DNA of 64,000 nucleotides from positions 1 through 64,000 of the IMG/VR virus record IMGVR_UViG_3300040801_004034; one strand, written 5' to 3'. The translations under genes were made by a program, and so were the position numbers. A model generated the notes under the pieces. It saw nothing but the letters and a program-made list of their open reading frames with translations. It searched no databases and was not told the DNA's origin. Below are positions 1 to 10,660 of the stretch, in pieces (within the stretch, counting starts at the first letter, position 1; each line of letters begins with the position of its first letter).

Positions 1-1
1 A

Positions 2-103
2 CTAAACGTCCCTATAGGAGACACAACTTGGGATGCTCTAATCGCAGCAAGTCCAACAACCTATCAAGGAAACGCCAACGTCACTGTTGTTGCAACACTA
101 TGA
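2..103 (+). CDS. 3' end of an upstream ORF (…LNVPIGDTTWDALIAASPTTYQGNANVTVVATL*), function unknown
   Basis: Open frame from the window start to TGA at 101-103; converges on the glycosyltransferase gene. Confidence 0.5.
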   Translation, partial: LNVPIGDTTWDALIAASPTTYQGNANVTVVATL

Positions 104-132
104 GTAAAGTAATACATAGGCATCCGCACTGG

Positions 133-1050
133 CTATACCAGGTTAGTCGCAGATGTAAGCTGATCGTATAGAGTCTGTAGATCAAATACATCCATACTTT
201 CATACGGAAATTCATGCTCTGGTCCAGTAAACTCATAGTCGAAAAATAAACTATCAATACCATGAGCTCCTTTACCTTTTGATCTCACCGGTAAGTTAGG
301 TAATACATTGTTATGCATTTCATATCCGAACACATCTGGACTAGTACCTATCCAGCAAACTGTACTTGGCAACTGTAATGCTGCTGCACCATGTTGTAAG
401 CAACTGTCTATTAATAGTCTCTTTGAGGATACAGTGAGTAACCCTAACAGCGTACGTTTGTTCGGAACGTCATTTACCCACTCAGCTCCTTGAAGCTTCT
501 GACAGTTAGGTCGTGATACTTGCATCACTGTAAAATGTTTTAAAAGTTCATTCGTTAAAATTTGAGCTTGTTCAAACGGAAAATCTCGTGTCCAGCAATA
601 ATCTTTTTCGTTCTCATATGAACCACCATTTGTCTGAAACAGCAAAATTGGTTTATCTTTATCATTAGCTACACGTTTGTATGCATGAAGCTCATTAGGT
701 GTAAAAAACAGTTCAGGTAACTGATTATTGTATTCTAGATCATGTATGTTGTACCATGACTTAATTACGTGCTGTTTACCATATAAATGGTCAGTGTGAT
801 AATATGGTTCACCTTTGAGAATAATTGTGTCTCTGTTTTCAATATAGTCTTTATAAAAATATGGTGTCAAGCCTGTCTTGTATGCTCTATCAACATGCGG
901 GTTATTTACAAATACTTCTACCCAAGTACACACCACAATAAGTTTTCTATCAGGATACTTAGCTTTAATACCAGGCAACAGAGCAGTCGATGCTATAATC
1001 TTACCTAGACCGCCTTCTGGATTGAAAATTACAAACTGCGTTTTAGCCAT
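133..1050 (-). CDS. GT-B glycosyltransferase, GT9 (heptosyltransferase)-like
   Basis: N-terminal GGLGKII and C-terminal LLIDSCLQHGAAALQLPSTVCW match the GT9 G-x-G-D and DSGxxHxAxA motifs. Confidence 0.7.
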   Translation of the reverse strand: MAKTQFVIFNPEGGLGKIIASTALLPGIKAKYPDRKLIVVCTWVEVFVNNPHVDRAYKTGLTPYFYKDYIENRDTIILKGEPYYHTDHLYGKQHVIKSWYNIHDLEYNNQLPELFFTPNELHAYKRVANDKDKPILLFQTNGGSYENEKDYCWTRDFPFEQAQILTNELLKHFTVMQVSRPNCQKLQGAEWVNDVPNKRTLLGLLTVSSKRLLIDSCLQHGAAALQLPSTVCWIGTSPDVFGYEMHNNVLPNLPVRSKGKGAHGIDSLFFDYEFTGPEHEFPYESMDVFDLQTLYDQLTSATNLV

Positions 1051-1054
1051 ATTT

Positions 1055-2041
1055 TTAATTATTCAGATGAACTGCAAACTCCATGAATGTAAGATCTCTC
1101 ATAGATGAGTAACCACTATAACTCACGCATGATTGAATAGCTTGTTCAATTTTATCATAGTATGCAGCATAGGTCAATTCGGACATACGAAGGTTAACCG
1201 ATTTACCTTCAACATAGCTACCATGCCCTTTATTCTTTTCAGATGCACTACCATAGAATTCTTTCCAGTGAGTATAAATACCTGCAGTAGGATCCTCAAG
1301 TTGTTTAAAACATCTTGCTGGACTGTCTTTCAGCTTTGCGAACTCACTGCCGATCATTACCATTGTTGCACCACCTACAAGAGCTTTACACACATCACCA
1401 GGTTCTCTAATTTGCCCATCAGCTATAATTGGTATATCAAGTTTTGGATCTTCAAAACAATCTCTAACAATCGAGAACATAGGTGATCCAACCCCTGTTG
1501 TATTATATGTTGTACAACTCTTTCCCATACTAAGCCCAACTTTAACAGCATCTACGCCCCATTCTTGTAATCGTAAGGCACCGTCTACCGTACCAACATT
1601 ACCAGCAATGATTTTCGTATTCGGTAAATGTTTCTTGATATGTATGATCATATTTTTGACCAATACATGATCACCATGTGCTACATCAATTGTAATGCAA
1701 TTGATCTTGTCTTTATCAAGCATGGTAACAATCTTGATGTCCTGATTGTTTACACCTAAGCTTATTGATTTATACATATCTGGATGTTCATCATTTACCC
1801 AATCAAGAATTTTTTTGTACGGGTAAAATCTATGTAGTATGTAAAAATAATTACTATATGCTAGTCTTTCAGCTGTTTGAAAATCAACACAGCACTTCAT
1901 GTTAGCTGGTATGATACAACTTTTGAATTTCTTATCTAGGAACTTAACACTTGTGTCAATTTTTGATCTACTTACACATGTACTATATGCGGGTTGTAAT
2001 ACAATGTCTTTGTATGAATATAATGTTTTAAGCGTTTTCAT
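1055..2041 (-). CDS. guaC: GMP reductase (IMPDH/GMPR family, no CBS domain)
   Basis: PANM, YFYILHRF, IDVAHG, IIAGNV, VKVGLSMGKSCTT, PIIADG, GATMVMIGS, FYGSAS and VEGK motifs; start placed at ATG 2041. Confidence 0.85.
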   Translation of the reverse strand: MKTLKTLYSYKDIVLQPAYSTCVSRSKIDTSVKFLDKKFKSCIIPANMKCCVDFQTAERLAYSNYFYILHRFYPYKKILDWVNDEHPDMYKSISLGVNNQDIKIVTMLDKDKINCITIDVAHGDHVLVKNMIIHIKKHLPNTKIIAGNVGTVDGALRLQEWGVDAVKVGLSMGKSCTTYNTTGVGSPMFSIVRDCFEDPKLDIPIIADGQIREPGDVCKALVGGATMVMIGSEFAKLKDSPARCFKQLEDPTAGIYTHWKEFYGSASEKNKGHGSYVEGKSVNLRMSELTYAAYYDKIEQAIQSCVSYSGYSSMRDLTFMEFAVHLNN

Positions 2042-2246
2042 TTTTAATCTTTTCGTATGCACTTAACATTGCTGCTCGTGGATTTTGTGTTTTAACAAAC
2101 TCATTATAATGAGTTACATATTCTTTACCAATACCAAGACCAGTAACTGTTTGCATTATCGTCTCAATTAGCTGCTTGTCTGTTTTTTTACATTGTACTC
2201 TCAAATAAGTGTACAGTTGATCACATGTTTTAAATTCTCGCATCAT
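2028..2246 (-). CDS. hypothetical protein, first gene of an early operon
   Basis: 72-aa ORF directly behind TGGACT-N16-TATAAT. Confidence 0.65.
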   Translation of the reverse strand: MMREFKTCDQLYTYLRVQCKKTDKQLIETIMQTVTGLGIGKEYVTHYNEFVKTQNPRAAMLSAYEKIKNENA

Positions 2247-2250
2247 TCAA

Positions 2251-2278
2251 ATTATAGCTGTTGTTTCCGAATAGTCCA
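2251..2278 (-). promoter_or_regulatory. sigma70-type early promoter TGGACT-N16-TATAAT
   Basis: Same architecture as five other promoters in the window; 7 nt to ATG 2243. Confidence 0.65.
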
Positions 2279-2296
2279 TCTTAAATATTATAAACA

Positions 2297-3028
2297 ATGG
2301 CGACAAACACAAAATTAAATGATACATTCTGTAATAGAATAATCTATAATACATCATTTTCCCCAAAAGATGATATGTATATTTCATTCAGACTTGCATT
2401 TGATTATAATGCACTGGTTGATGAACAGAACCAATTCCAAATTCTTTCTGAAGAAGGTCAGGTATTTTACTTAGAGAATTTCTTTGATGCACGAACAGGA
2501 TTCATGATCTTTCTAGTAGATGGTTCATACCCGATTGATGAAATCAATGGAGAACCTGGGATCGGTTATTGTCTAGCTGCTACATTATCCTCAGCATTCA
2601 CAGAAGTGTCGCGACATATTATGTCGCTTGCATTTGATATAAACGGATTGTATGGTCAAAACGATACTTTTAAAAATTCTAACTCGTCTGGTACTACAAC
2701 ACCTGTCCAAAAATCTGTGACGATACGTCAGAAGACATTACAATCAGATTATATGTTTGTAACAAGTAAATCAATTGATACATTTTTTGAAGATATTACA
2801 CAAACAGAAAGTACATATGTTGATGTCCGTATAAGATTTAAAGACTTTTTAAACACCATTTATGTTGATCTTAGGTTACCAGATGAACTGGATTACAAAA
2901 ATGTATTTAAAGAGCGTACAGGATTTAACATTAACATTCTACCTACGAGAGTTAAACCAGGTTTATCGTATTCAGGTAATCTACCATTGTTTATACGCGA
3001 CTTAACGTATAGCGGAACAACTATTTAA
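2297..3028 (+). CDS. putative virion protein, legume-lectin/ConA-like beta-sandwich
   Basis: GFMIFL…G.G…SLAFDING…VTIR…VRIRF…GLSYS pattern; TAAATA 9 nt upstream. Confidence 0.5.
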   Translation: MATNTKLNDTFCNRIIYNTSFSPKDDMYISFRLAFDYNALVDEQNQFQILSEEGQVFYLENFFDARTGFMIFLVDGSYPIDEINGEPGIGYCLAATLSSAFTEVSRHIMSLAFDINGLYGQNDTFKNSNSSGTTTPVQKSVTIRQKTLQSDYMFVTSKSIDTFFEDITQTESTYVDVRIRFKDFLNTIYVDLRLPDELDYKNVFKERTGFNINILPTRVKPGLSYSGNLPLFIRDLTYSGTTI

Positions 3029-3831
3029 CTTTCAAGCTGCTCGATTCTTTTTGTAAGAGCTTTTACCTGCTCGACAAGAATTGGTATAACTTGAATATAA
3101 TCAATACCAAGCATTCCGTTGCTGTTTGTACTAACTGCTTCAGGTAGTATTTTTTGGACTTCTTGTGCTATAAAACCATATGACTGTCCCCGTCTTACAG
3201 CTTTATCATTCCATTCAAATGAAACACCGCTCAAATTACTTATTATGCTATTTGGATCAGAGATTGTTTCGATATTATTTTTAAGTCTACTATCTGAGCT
3301 ATAAAAAGCAACAATATCATTACATGAAATTATTGTATCTTCAGCTAAGATCGTACCATCAACTGCAAAATTCGTTTTACCTGTTAATGATTGTATACTT
3401 ATTGTACTCGCAGTCGGTGCAGTAAATGTCAGAGTACCACTTGCAGGGGTAGTGGCAAAAGGATTCCATGCATTGGTCGATTTACTTACTGTATGCGACC
3501 CGATAGACAATCCAGTATTTTGAACTACTAATGAAGCTGATGTTACTGAACCTGCAACAGCTGCGTTTGACAACACATCAAGCGATAGCATTGTCGCTGT
3601 TTTTGAAAATGAAGCATTATCTGAAACGTTAAGTGTGCTACCAATACTTGTAGCACCGGTCGTATTAAATGTACCGCTTACTGTAGCAGAGTTCGTACTC
3701 AAACTAAGAGCTGACGGACACCCAAGACCACTTGTTATGGGTTTTAAACTACTATCAATACTTGCGTTATCATCTGTCTTAAGCAGACCGTCATATGTAT
3801 TGTTAATTTGTTTTCCTTCGAGTGTTGCCAT
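3025..3831 (-). CDS. tail fibre-like protein with C-terminal intramolecular chaperone (peptidase S74)
   Basis: SSDSRLKNNI…GVSFEW…GFIAQEVQKILPEAV…IDY…LVEQVKAL. Confidence 0.8.
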   Translation of the reverse strand: MATLEGKQINNTYDGLLKTDDNASIDSSLKPITSGLGCPSALSLSTNSATVSGTFNTTGATSIGSTLNVSDNASFSKTATMLSLDVLSNAAVAGSVTSASLVVQNTGLSIGSHTVSKSTNAWNPFATTPASGTLTFTAPTASTISIQSLTGKTNFAVDGTILAEDTIISCNDIVAFYSSDSRLKNNIETISDPNSIISNLSGVSFEWNDKAVRRGQSYGFIAQEVQKILPEAVSTNSNGMLGIDYIQVIPILVEQVKALTKRIEQLES

Positions 3832-4544
3832 TAGATTTGTTCTTTAAGTGTTATGATTTCATTGTTAAGACGTTTTACCTCTTCAATAAGAACTGGTATA
3901 ATTTTTATATAGTCAACAGCAAGATAGCCATTATCACGTTCATGTACAGCTTGCGGGAATACTTTCTGTAACTCCTGTGCCACTACACCAGCTCCTATTT
4001 GATCCACGTATTCTGATTTTTCATTCCATGTGTATATGTAACCGTTTATACCTTCGATAATTTTTTGACTCTCAATAGGTTGTATATTATTTTTAAGTCT
4101 ACCATCTGAAGTATAGAATGCAACAATATCATTACATGAACGTATAGGACCAGTAGCAGTAATACTACCTGATGTCACAATGTTACCAGTATTGGTTATA
4201 GATGAGTTTACTGTTAATGCATTCGCAATTGTTGTTGTTGTCCCAGCTAATGTCGTTGTACCACCTGTTATAGTAACATTAAGCCCGGTTGTAGTAAGAT
4301 TGCTAGAATTAACATTAAATCCGCTCCCTGTAGATAATGATGTACCGATAACAGCTCCATTTGTTGCATTAATATCACCTGTCACGCCTAGACCACCATT
4401 TGGTTGATATATTGTGACTGATGATGAATTACCAAAACCATCTGTCAATAAAATACCACCGCTTGGTATAACTGCGTTATCACAGGTTTTAATAAGCCCG
4501 TGATAACTTTCTTTAATTACTAAATCTGTTAATGCTGTTGCCAT
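3831..4544 (-). CDS. tail fibre-like protein with peptidase S74 chaperone (paralog of 3025..3831)
   Basis: TSDGRLKNNI…GVVAQELQKVFPQAV…VDY…LIEEVK; N-terminus similar to the neighbouring gene. Confidence 0.8.
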   Translation of the reverse strand: MATALTDLVIKESYHGLIKTCDNAVIPSGGILLTDGFGNSSSVTIYQPNGGLGVTGDINATNGAVIGTSLSTGSGFNVNSSNLTTTGLNVTITGGTTTLAGTTTTIANALTVNSSITNTGNIVTSGSITATGPIRSCNDIVAFYTSDGRLKNNIQPIESQKIIEGINGYIYTWNEKSEYVDQIGAGVVAQELQKVFPQAVHERDNGYLAVDYIKIIPVLIEEVKRLNNEIITLKEQI

Positions 4545-4563
4545 AATCTATATTTTTACTTAA

Positions 4564-6438
4564 TCAAAACGATATCTTTCGAGCCTTTGGTATGTTTTCA
4601 TTATTGTAACCTACATCAAGTAAAGCTATAACCTGTTTCTGGTAATTCAACATTGATTCAAACATTCTGTTAAACACTTTTGTTGATGTTGTTTCATTCA
4701 TACCAACGAATAAATTCTTCATAAAACTCTCTGTAACAATTTGTTTATCACCTGCTTTATCAATATATAACAAAGCAAAGAATTCAGGTATTACGTATCT
4801 TCCGTAACTCACATTTACCTTTTTGGATATATTTTGTGTTATCAAATTCATGTTATGTAACATTTTACCCATTGTTTTGTTCAACGTTATGTTATTGAAC
4901 ATATCATCTTGTATCAATACTTCATTTTTAGTGTAAAACGGTAGTGATTTTTCATTAAGAAGGGAGAACTGATCATCTGTTTCATGAAACTGGAGTATAC
5001 GGTTATTGAACATAAATGATATTCTATCGAAATCGTCACCAGTATTTAAAAGTGCCGATGCTTTAAATTGACCAGCTACAGCACTATCAGCTTCCCCCCA
5101 TGTCGGTAATGTATCTCGCCAATCTGTTTCAGTTGTACCCCATACTGTTTCAAGTGCAAAGTTACCACCAATTTTGAAACGAGCAATCAGAATGTTTTTT
5201 CGGTTGAGAAAAAATTTATATAACCCGCTATCTGTTTGAATATAATAAATGTTGCTGTTGTTTTCAGAAAATAGAATATCAACAATAGGTTCGCCTAGGA
5301 ATAAATTATTCTGGAATTTATATCTTTCAACTTCATCCATTGTATCGGTATCAAGCACAACAATAATATTCTGATCTGTTGCAACATATAAATAATTGTT
5401 ATTGATATTGTATGATATTGCTAATACTGTGTTAGTCGTAAAAAATGTCGTGTTTAAATACTTCGATCTATATAATAGTTCACTCGTGAATTTTTTAATC
5501 GATTTCTCACCGCTATCAAAAACAAACACACTACTGTTACCATACTCAATAAATGATATTTGTTCGAAATTCGTATCGTCAATTCCTGTATTACCAATTG
5601 TATCAATCAGTGAAACTGACCTGTCACCTGTTCGATCTTGCGATGTAATATTACCAATATAAATACTATAAAGTTGATTGTTTATTTCATCAGACACATA
5701 TAGTATATCTTTCCGATTTGTAGTAATGGATTTAATACTACTGAACTTGTTAGCATCAAAATTACCAACCCCTGATACAGGCGGGAATGCAGTAATGCTA
5801 TCAAAGTCAGAACCTGTTTCTGCTTGTAACGTTGCATATGATTTATCTGTAACAATAAAAAATATCGAACTTGATACAGACAATATAAATGTTAGAAAAT
5901 CATTATTTCTATTCTGTAATGTTTCAATTTTGATAGTATCTAATGCATCATCTGAAAAAGCTGGATCAAACGAACTTAATGCAAATTGACTACTTGATCC
6001 ATCAATTGCTGGCTCCAAATAGTTATTGTCTGTCCAAACAAGATCTCCATTTAACCCTGATACACCAAGTTGTGCTACAAAACCTACCGGTGCAAGAGGT
6101 GTTATAATCTGTGAATATCTGTATATGTCAATAAAGTTATCATAGAGATTTTCAAGTTTGGTGTTGATTGAGTTTTTATTTATAATTTCATTTGGTTGAA
6201 ATTTCACATCACCAATATCATATTTGAACGAAAACACATCTAACACAGAACGATCAAAGAAAGTTTCAGACAAATTTATCTCATTATCGATAACTTCCGT
6301 CGGTCTTAGAGATATTTCTTGATTGAATCTACCTTGATATGCATTATTATCAAGCACGTTGTAATATCCGACATAGTCACTGCCTGTAAGTACGAACTCA
6401 CCACCGGTTGTGTATTTGTATTTGTAAGGTAATGCCAT
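4564..6438 (-). CDS. virion structural protein with probable beta-propeller
   Basis: 624 aa; LYVSD/VFVFD/LYVAT strand repeats; lies in the baseplate cluster. Confidence 0.55.
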   Translation of the reverse strand: MALPYKYKYTTGGEFVLTGSDYVGYYNVLDNNAYQGRFNQEISLRPTEVIDNEINLSETFFDRSVLDVFSFKYDIGDVKFQPNEIINKNSINTKLENLYDNFIDIYRYSQIITPLAPVGFVAQLGVSGLNGDLVWTDNNYLEPAIDGSSSQFALSSFDPAFSDDALDTIKIETLQNRNNDFLTFILSVSSSIFFIVTDKSYATLQAETGSDFDSITAFPPVSGVGNFDANKFSSIKSITTNRKDILYVSDEINNQLYSIYIGNITSQDRTGDRSVSLIDTIGNTGIDDTNFEQISFIEYGNSSVFVFDSGEKSIKKFTSELLYRSKYLNTTFFTTNTVLAISYNINNNYLYVATDQNIIVVLDTDTMDEVERYKFQNNLFLGEPIVDILFSENNSNIYYIQTDSGLYKFFLNRKNILIARFKIGGNFALETVWGTTETDWRDTLPTWGEADSAVAGQFKASALLNTGDDFDRISFMFNNRILQFHETDDQFSLLNEKSLPFYTKNEVLIQDDMFNNITLNKTMGKMLHNMNLITQNISKKVNVSYGRYVIPEFFALLYIDKAGDKQIVTESFMKNLFVGMNETTSTKVFNRMFESMLNYQKQVIALLDVGYNNENIPKARKISF

Positions 6439-6457
6439 TTCTATATAGTTATTTAAA

Positions 6458-9400
6458 CTACGGGTTGTATGTTACAACATCACCATTGTGAATAACGATA
6501 CCGTCCTGATAGAAAACAACATTTGGATCATCAACAGGGTTAGCTGCAATAATATCAGATTCAATTGTTGATACACCATCAGTCTGAATAGTATCATCGA
6601 TGAACTCAAAAACAATATTACCGATCTGAATATTACTGTTAGCTCTAATTTGTTCGGTGAGGTACGCTTTTAACTGTTCTCTTGTTGCAGCATCAACATT
6701 TGAACGTTTGATATATATTTTAAGATCATTATTTTTAAATCCTGGTATATTATAATTGTAAAGATTACTGATTTGTTCAATATTATTACGTGTACCGGAT
6801 GGTATATCAAAGTTAATATCATCAATTCTTGTTTGTGCTAAATGTTTAAATAGAATCATATCATCTGATAATGTTCTATCATATAATGCGATATCGGATA
6901 TTGAACCATTATCACCGTAAAAGTGACTATTGTTAACAAATTTAGTAACAGGGTCATTTTTTATAGTTGGTACATTAAAGAATATATCCGGTGTGATTAT
7001 TCTATTCATTGAGAATAAATTAGGTGAGAATGATACTGTACCTAGTTTATATGTATCTTTATAAACATCTATTGTACCGTCGTTGATGTTAAAGTTAAAT
7101 GTAAACATCGAGCTTGTCTCTACTTCACCGAGCGGTAAAAGCAATTCGAGACCGTTTTGATCACCAGCACTCTCAACAGAGAACTGGGCATCCCAATAAC
7201 CGAACCCGTCTAGATCACCAGCTGTGAGTTCAGCCGGAGATGCTGAAAACTGAAACGTTGCTGTATTCCATAGAACGGTTATAAGTTCCGCCGATACAAA
7301 ATTATCAATATTCAATCTAAAATATAACTTATTCTGATAGTCTTTATATTTCTGTTCTATGTTATAAAAACCAACAGGGTTCTCAAAGAACTCTGGTAAA
7401 GCAGAATAACTTGTCTGTATTGTTGATAGCTGACCAGTTTCGAGATTAATTCTGTCAATGATTAGTTGATTCAAACTATTCGTTGAGAAGCTAAGAGCAT
7501 TGATACCTGTTTCATCTTTAATAAAATCGATATGCTTACCAGAAACAGCTGAAACAGATAAGTTGAATGATGATAAATAATCGCGTTCAGATGAGAATAC
7601 ATCTAGCTGCCCGGTACTTAATGATCCTGTTCGTGAATATGATTGTATAAACAGTTTATTATCATATGATCCAATACTGTAAATATCCTTTTCAGTAGCT
7701 GATAATGATTGCTGATAAAACCCACCATCTGTCTTACTAAAATAAATCAGCTTTGTATCGTGATATGCATATACATCATCTGTAATAAAATATGGTGTAC
7801 TTGCTGCATTAACACCAGTTAGCGATGTAATACTCACATCAGTCGATATAGGTATAAAACCACTTAACGATGAAAATAATATTTTGTCTGTATATGCTGC
7901 ACTAAGAGGATCTGGTGTGCTACTAAGAGAAAATGAATTCAAATTAAGTGTATAAAGAGCTGATTGTGGTGTTGCAAACGTCACGGCATTGTAACTATGT
8001 ATAACCCGTGACTTGTAACCACCTTGTATGAACGTGTTGTAAACTGAACTTGAATCACTTACCACATCGATAACTTCACCATTAAAGCCAAGCTTTATAA
8101 ATGTTTTAATACTACCTAATTCACCATAAACAACAAAGTCATTTCGCTGATCCAGAAATAGAACATCTATGATTGTATCAACTTGCGGTACTTGAATTGT
8201 TCTTATAAATTCCAATTTTGAATTATAAAAATGTAAATTGGTTGAGTCTGGGATAACAATAAATGGTGTAAAATAGAAGTCGTCCAATACTGCATACCCG
8301 TCGTTGTAATAGTTACCGAATATTTGATAACTTTGGAACGGTTTTGTATTATCGGAGTTTAGCTTAAATGATATGCTGTAATTTCTATTTGTGAGTGTAT
8401 CAAGATCGAATGAATCATAACCGCTTGATGCAAAAACAAGACTGTTTTGTTTTACAGATACCGCACCATCATCAATCGTCTTTACATCAAACGAATCTTT
8501 CAGAAGGAGAGATGATATCGAATCAATCATAGTGTTGATGTATTTATTACCTATACGTTCGTAGAAATATGTACCTTGTGGTTCAAATACCATATTACTC
8601 TTAACATCAAAGAATAATTCATCTTGTAAGCTATTCTGTATTAGATATTGTTCAGCTTGCGAGAGTGTCTCAAACTGTGGTATTTCATTCGATGAAATAG
8701 CATCAATAAAGGTAATTGATGTAGGGTTATAATATCTATCATACCACACACCTGGTTGTGTTTCATCTTCCGTATTTAACCATGAGCATAAAACAGTACC
8801 ATTATTTTCGACGATTGTATCAGGGATACCTTGCTCCTGTAATACAAACACATCATTATCTTGTGTTAGCATATAGGTATTATCTTGAAAGAGCAAATCG
8901 AAATCAATATTCGGATACGGTTCGTTTTTCGTTTTATTGTTATCTAAAAGTTTGAATACTTTATCACTGAAGTATGGACTCTGGCCCCCATATGCACCGC
9001 AATTGACAAGATTGGTGTCATTTATATTAACATGTGAAAAAGGATACAATGTATCTGGTAAAACAAATTTTGTTATTTTATCAGCTTTGAATATATACTC
9101 TTTTGTGTAGAAATTGTAACTGAATGCAAGTGGTTCATTTACAATTTCTCGCGCACCAGCATTTACAATCGATGAATACAATCTTTGATTTTGCGTATGA
9201 TCTGTTTGTAACAGTGGATTTACATAAGCATTGTTTGAAATATGATTACGAAGATTGAAAAACGTCATTTGTGTTTCAAAACCTGTTGTGGTCGGTGTAA
9301 GTGCTTCGTATGGGTAATACACTAGAAAGTTATATTCCTGTTCAATAAGAGTTTCATCTGAAACAGTATATACATTATTGGTTGTATCATAATATACGAA

Positions 9401-10120
9401 GTTATCAGTAAACTTGTTCTCGATTATGAAACCAGGTTGCGGTTCAATCTTTACAAATGCATTATTGATCGCTTGTATAGACGGTGATACACCATAAAGT
9501 CTTCCACTTAAAGGAGATACTATATTAAAGATGCTGCTTATTGTGTTTGTAAACGTTATAATATTACTATCTACATCATACACATAATTGAAAATGTTCT
9601 TACCATCTCTTTTATAAAGAGGATATTGTGATATCTGTACAAACTTAATTTCACCACCAGGTTCTGGTATTACCATTTCTTTTTCCACGAAGTCGAAGAT
9701 CTTAACCTTACATGTCAAATCATCTAAAAAGTCTATAACAACTGTCTCGTTTGCATTAATACTAGACGCAAGTATAACATCGACATCCGCATTCGTATTT
9801 TGCAAACTATAACGTAAAACATTTACTGCGGATGCAGGACTAAGACCAGCAAATGTTAGTGATGTAGATAAATCCTGATTGGCAATATTCTCATTTGTCT
9901 TTTCCTGATCGATAAAATCTTTCGGTTGTTGCTTACCAGTTAAATAGTTAACTGTATAATTTTTTGCAAGAACATCTTTAACATTACCGAGTATATTATA
10001 CACACTGATATTATTACCTTGAATAGTGCGCAACTGAATTTTCTTAAGGATCGAATCAGGATCACTTAATGTAAATTCAACAGGTAGAAGATCGGTATAA
10101 AGTTTCTTTAGTATTGCCAT
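6458..10120 (-). CDS. large virion structural protein (LamG-like/propeller, baseplate-associated)
   Basis: 1220 aa, beta-rich; C-terminal GSISDIALYDRTLS is LamG-like; TAAATA 7 nt upstream. Confidence 0.55.
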   Translation of the reverse strand: MAILKKLYTDLLPVEFTLSDPDSILKKIQLRTIQGNNISVYNILGNVKDVLAKNYTVNYLTGKQQPKDFIDQEKTNENIANQDLSTSLTFAGLSPASAVNVLRYSLQNTNADVDVILASSINANETVVIDFLDDLTCKVKIFDFVEKEMVIPEPGGEIKFVQISQYPLYKRDGKNIFNYVYDVDSNIITFTNTISSIFNIVSPLSGRLYGVSPSIQAINNAFVKIEPQPGFIIENKFTDNFVYYDTTNNVYTVSDETLIEQEYNFLVYYPYEALTPTTTGFETQMTFFNLRNHISNNAYVNPLLQTDHTQNQRLYSSIVNAGAREIVNEPLAFSYNFYTKEYIFKADKITKFVLPDTLYPFSHVNINDTNLVNCGAYGGQSPYFSDKVFKLLDNNKTKNEPYPNIDFDLLFQDNTYMLTQDNDVFVLQEQGIPDTIVENNGTVLCSWLNTEDETQPGVWYDRYYNPTSITFIDAISSNEIPQFETLSQAEQYLIQNSLQDELFFDVKSNMVFEPQGTYFYERIGNKYINTMIDSISSLLLKDSFDVKTIDDGAVSVKQNSLVFASSGYDSFDLDTLTNRNYSISFKLNSDNTKPFQSYQIFGNYYNDGYAVLDDFYFTPFIVIPDSTNLHFYNSKLEFIRTIQVPQVDTIIDVLFLDQRNDFVVYGELGSIKTFIKLGFNGEVIDVVSDSSSVYNTFIQGGYKSRVIHSYNAVTFATPQSALYTLNLNSFSLSSTPDPLSAAYTDKILFSSLSGFIPISTDVSITSLTGVNAASTPYFITDDVYAYHDTKLIYFSKTDGGFYQQSLSATEKDIYSIGSYDNKLFIQSYSRTGSLSTGQLDVFSSERDYLSSFNLSVSAVSGKHIDFIKDETGINALSFSTNSLNQLIIDRINLETGQLSTIQTSYSALPEFFENPVGFYNIEQKYKDYQNKLYFRLNIDNFVSAELITVLWNTATFQFSASPAELTAGDLDGFGYWDAQFSVESAGDQNGLELLLPLGEVETSSMFTFNFNINDGTIDVYKDTYKLGTVSFSPNLFSMNRIITPDIFFNVPTIKNDPVTKFVNNSHFYGDNGSISDIALYDRTLSDDMILFKHLAQTRIDDINFDIPSGTRNNIEQISNLYNYNIPGFKNNDLKIYIKRSNVDAATREQLKAYLTEQIRANSNIQIGNIVFEFIDDTIQTDGVSTIESDIIAANPVDDPNVVFYQDGIVIHNGDVVTYNP

Positions 10121-10130
10121 CTATTTTTAT

Positions 10131-10646
10131 TTAAGTGTTGGGTGAAATTGCTGTGATAAACATATTACTATTCGTGTCTGAGAAGTTAATTACAGGAGCA
10201 GGTTTGCCGTTTACATTTGTCACAGTTACATTATCGATAAAAACTGATCTGTCTATCTGATTGACATCTGCTGCAAAAACGGATAAAAACACAGTTGATG
10301 TAAACCCGTTAAGATACATAAAATCTATTCTCCCAATTGAAATCGTATCTGTATCGAACGGGTTGTATGTATGTTCAATAGTTTCGGGTATAGAATATTC
10401 GTATAAAAATTTTGAATTATTAAAACCTAAACTACTATTAAAATACTCTGTTTTTCCATCCCCATAATCGGCAAAAATTTTGTAAATAGTTGTGTTATTT
10501 GCGCCGCCATCATCGTTTGATACACCTGATAGCCCAAATATAAAGTTTGTAATACCTGAATATGAAATTGTTTTAACAGTTGACACACTACCACTTGAAG
10601 GGAAAGGAGCAGAAAGCTGCACAGTTTTTGTATCATCAAGTAACAT
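10131..10646 (-). CDS. PKD-like structural protein
   Basis: DYGDG…HTY motif; TAAATA 5 nt upstream. Confidence 0.55.
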   Translation of the reverse strand: MLLDDTKTVQLSAPFPSSGSVSTVKTISYSGITNFIFGLSGVSNDDGGANNTTIYKIFADYGDGKTEYFNSSLGFNNSKFLYEYSIPETIEHTYNPFDTDTISIGRIDFMYLNGFTSTVFLSVFAADVNQIDRSVFIDNVTVTNVNGKPAPVINFSDTNSNMFITAISPNT

Positions 10647-10660
10647 GACAATATTTAATC

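Noticed and set aside
1055-2041. IMP dehydrogenase, or an intein in this gene
   Set aside because: Length and the PANM/HRF/FYGSAS/VEGK motifs fit GMP reductase, and no intein motifs are present.
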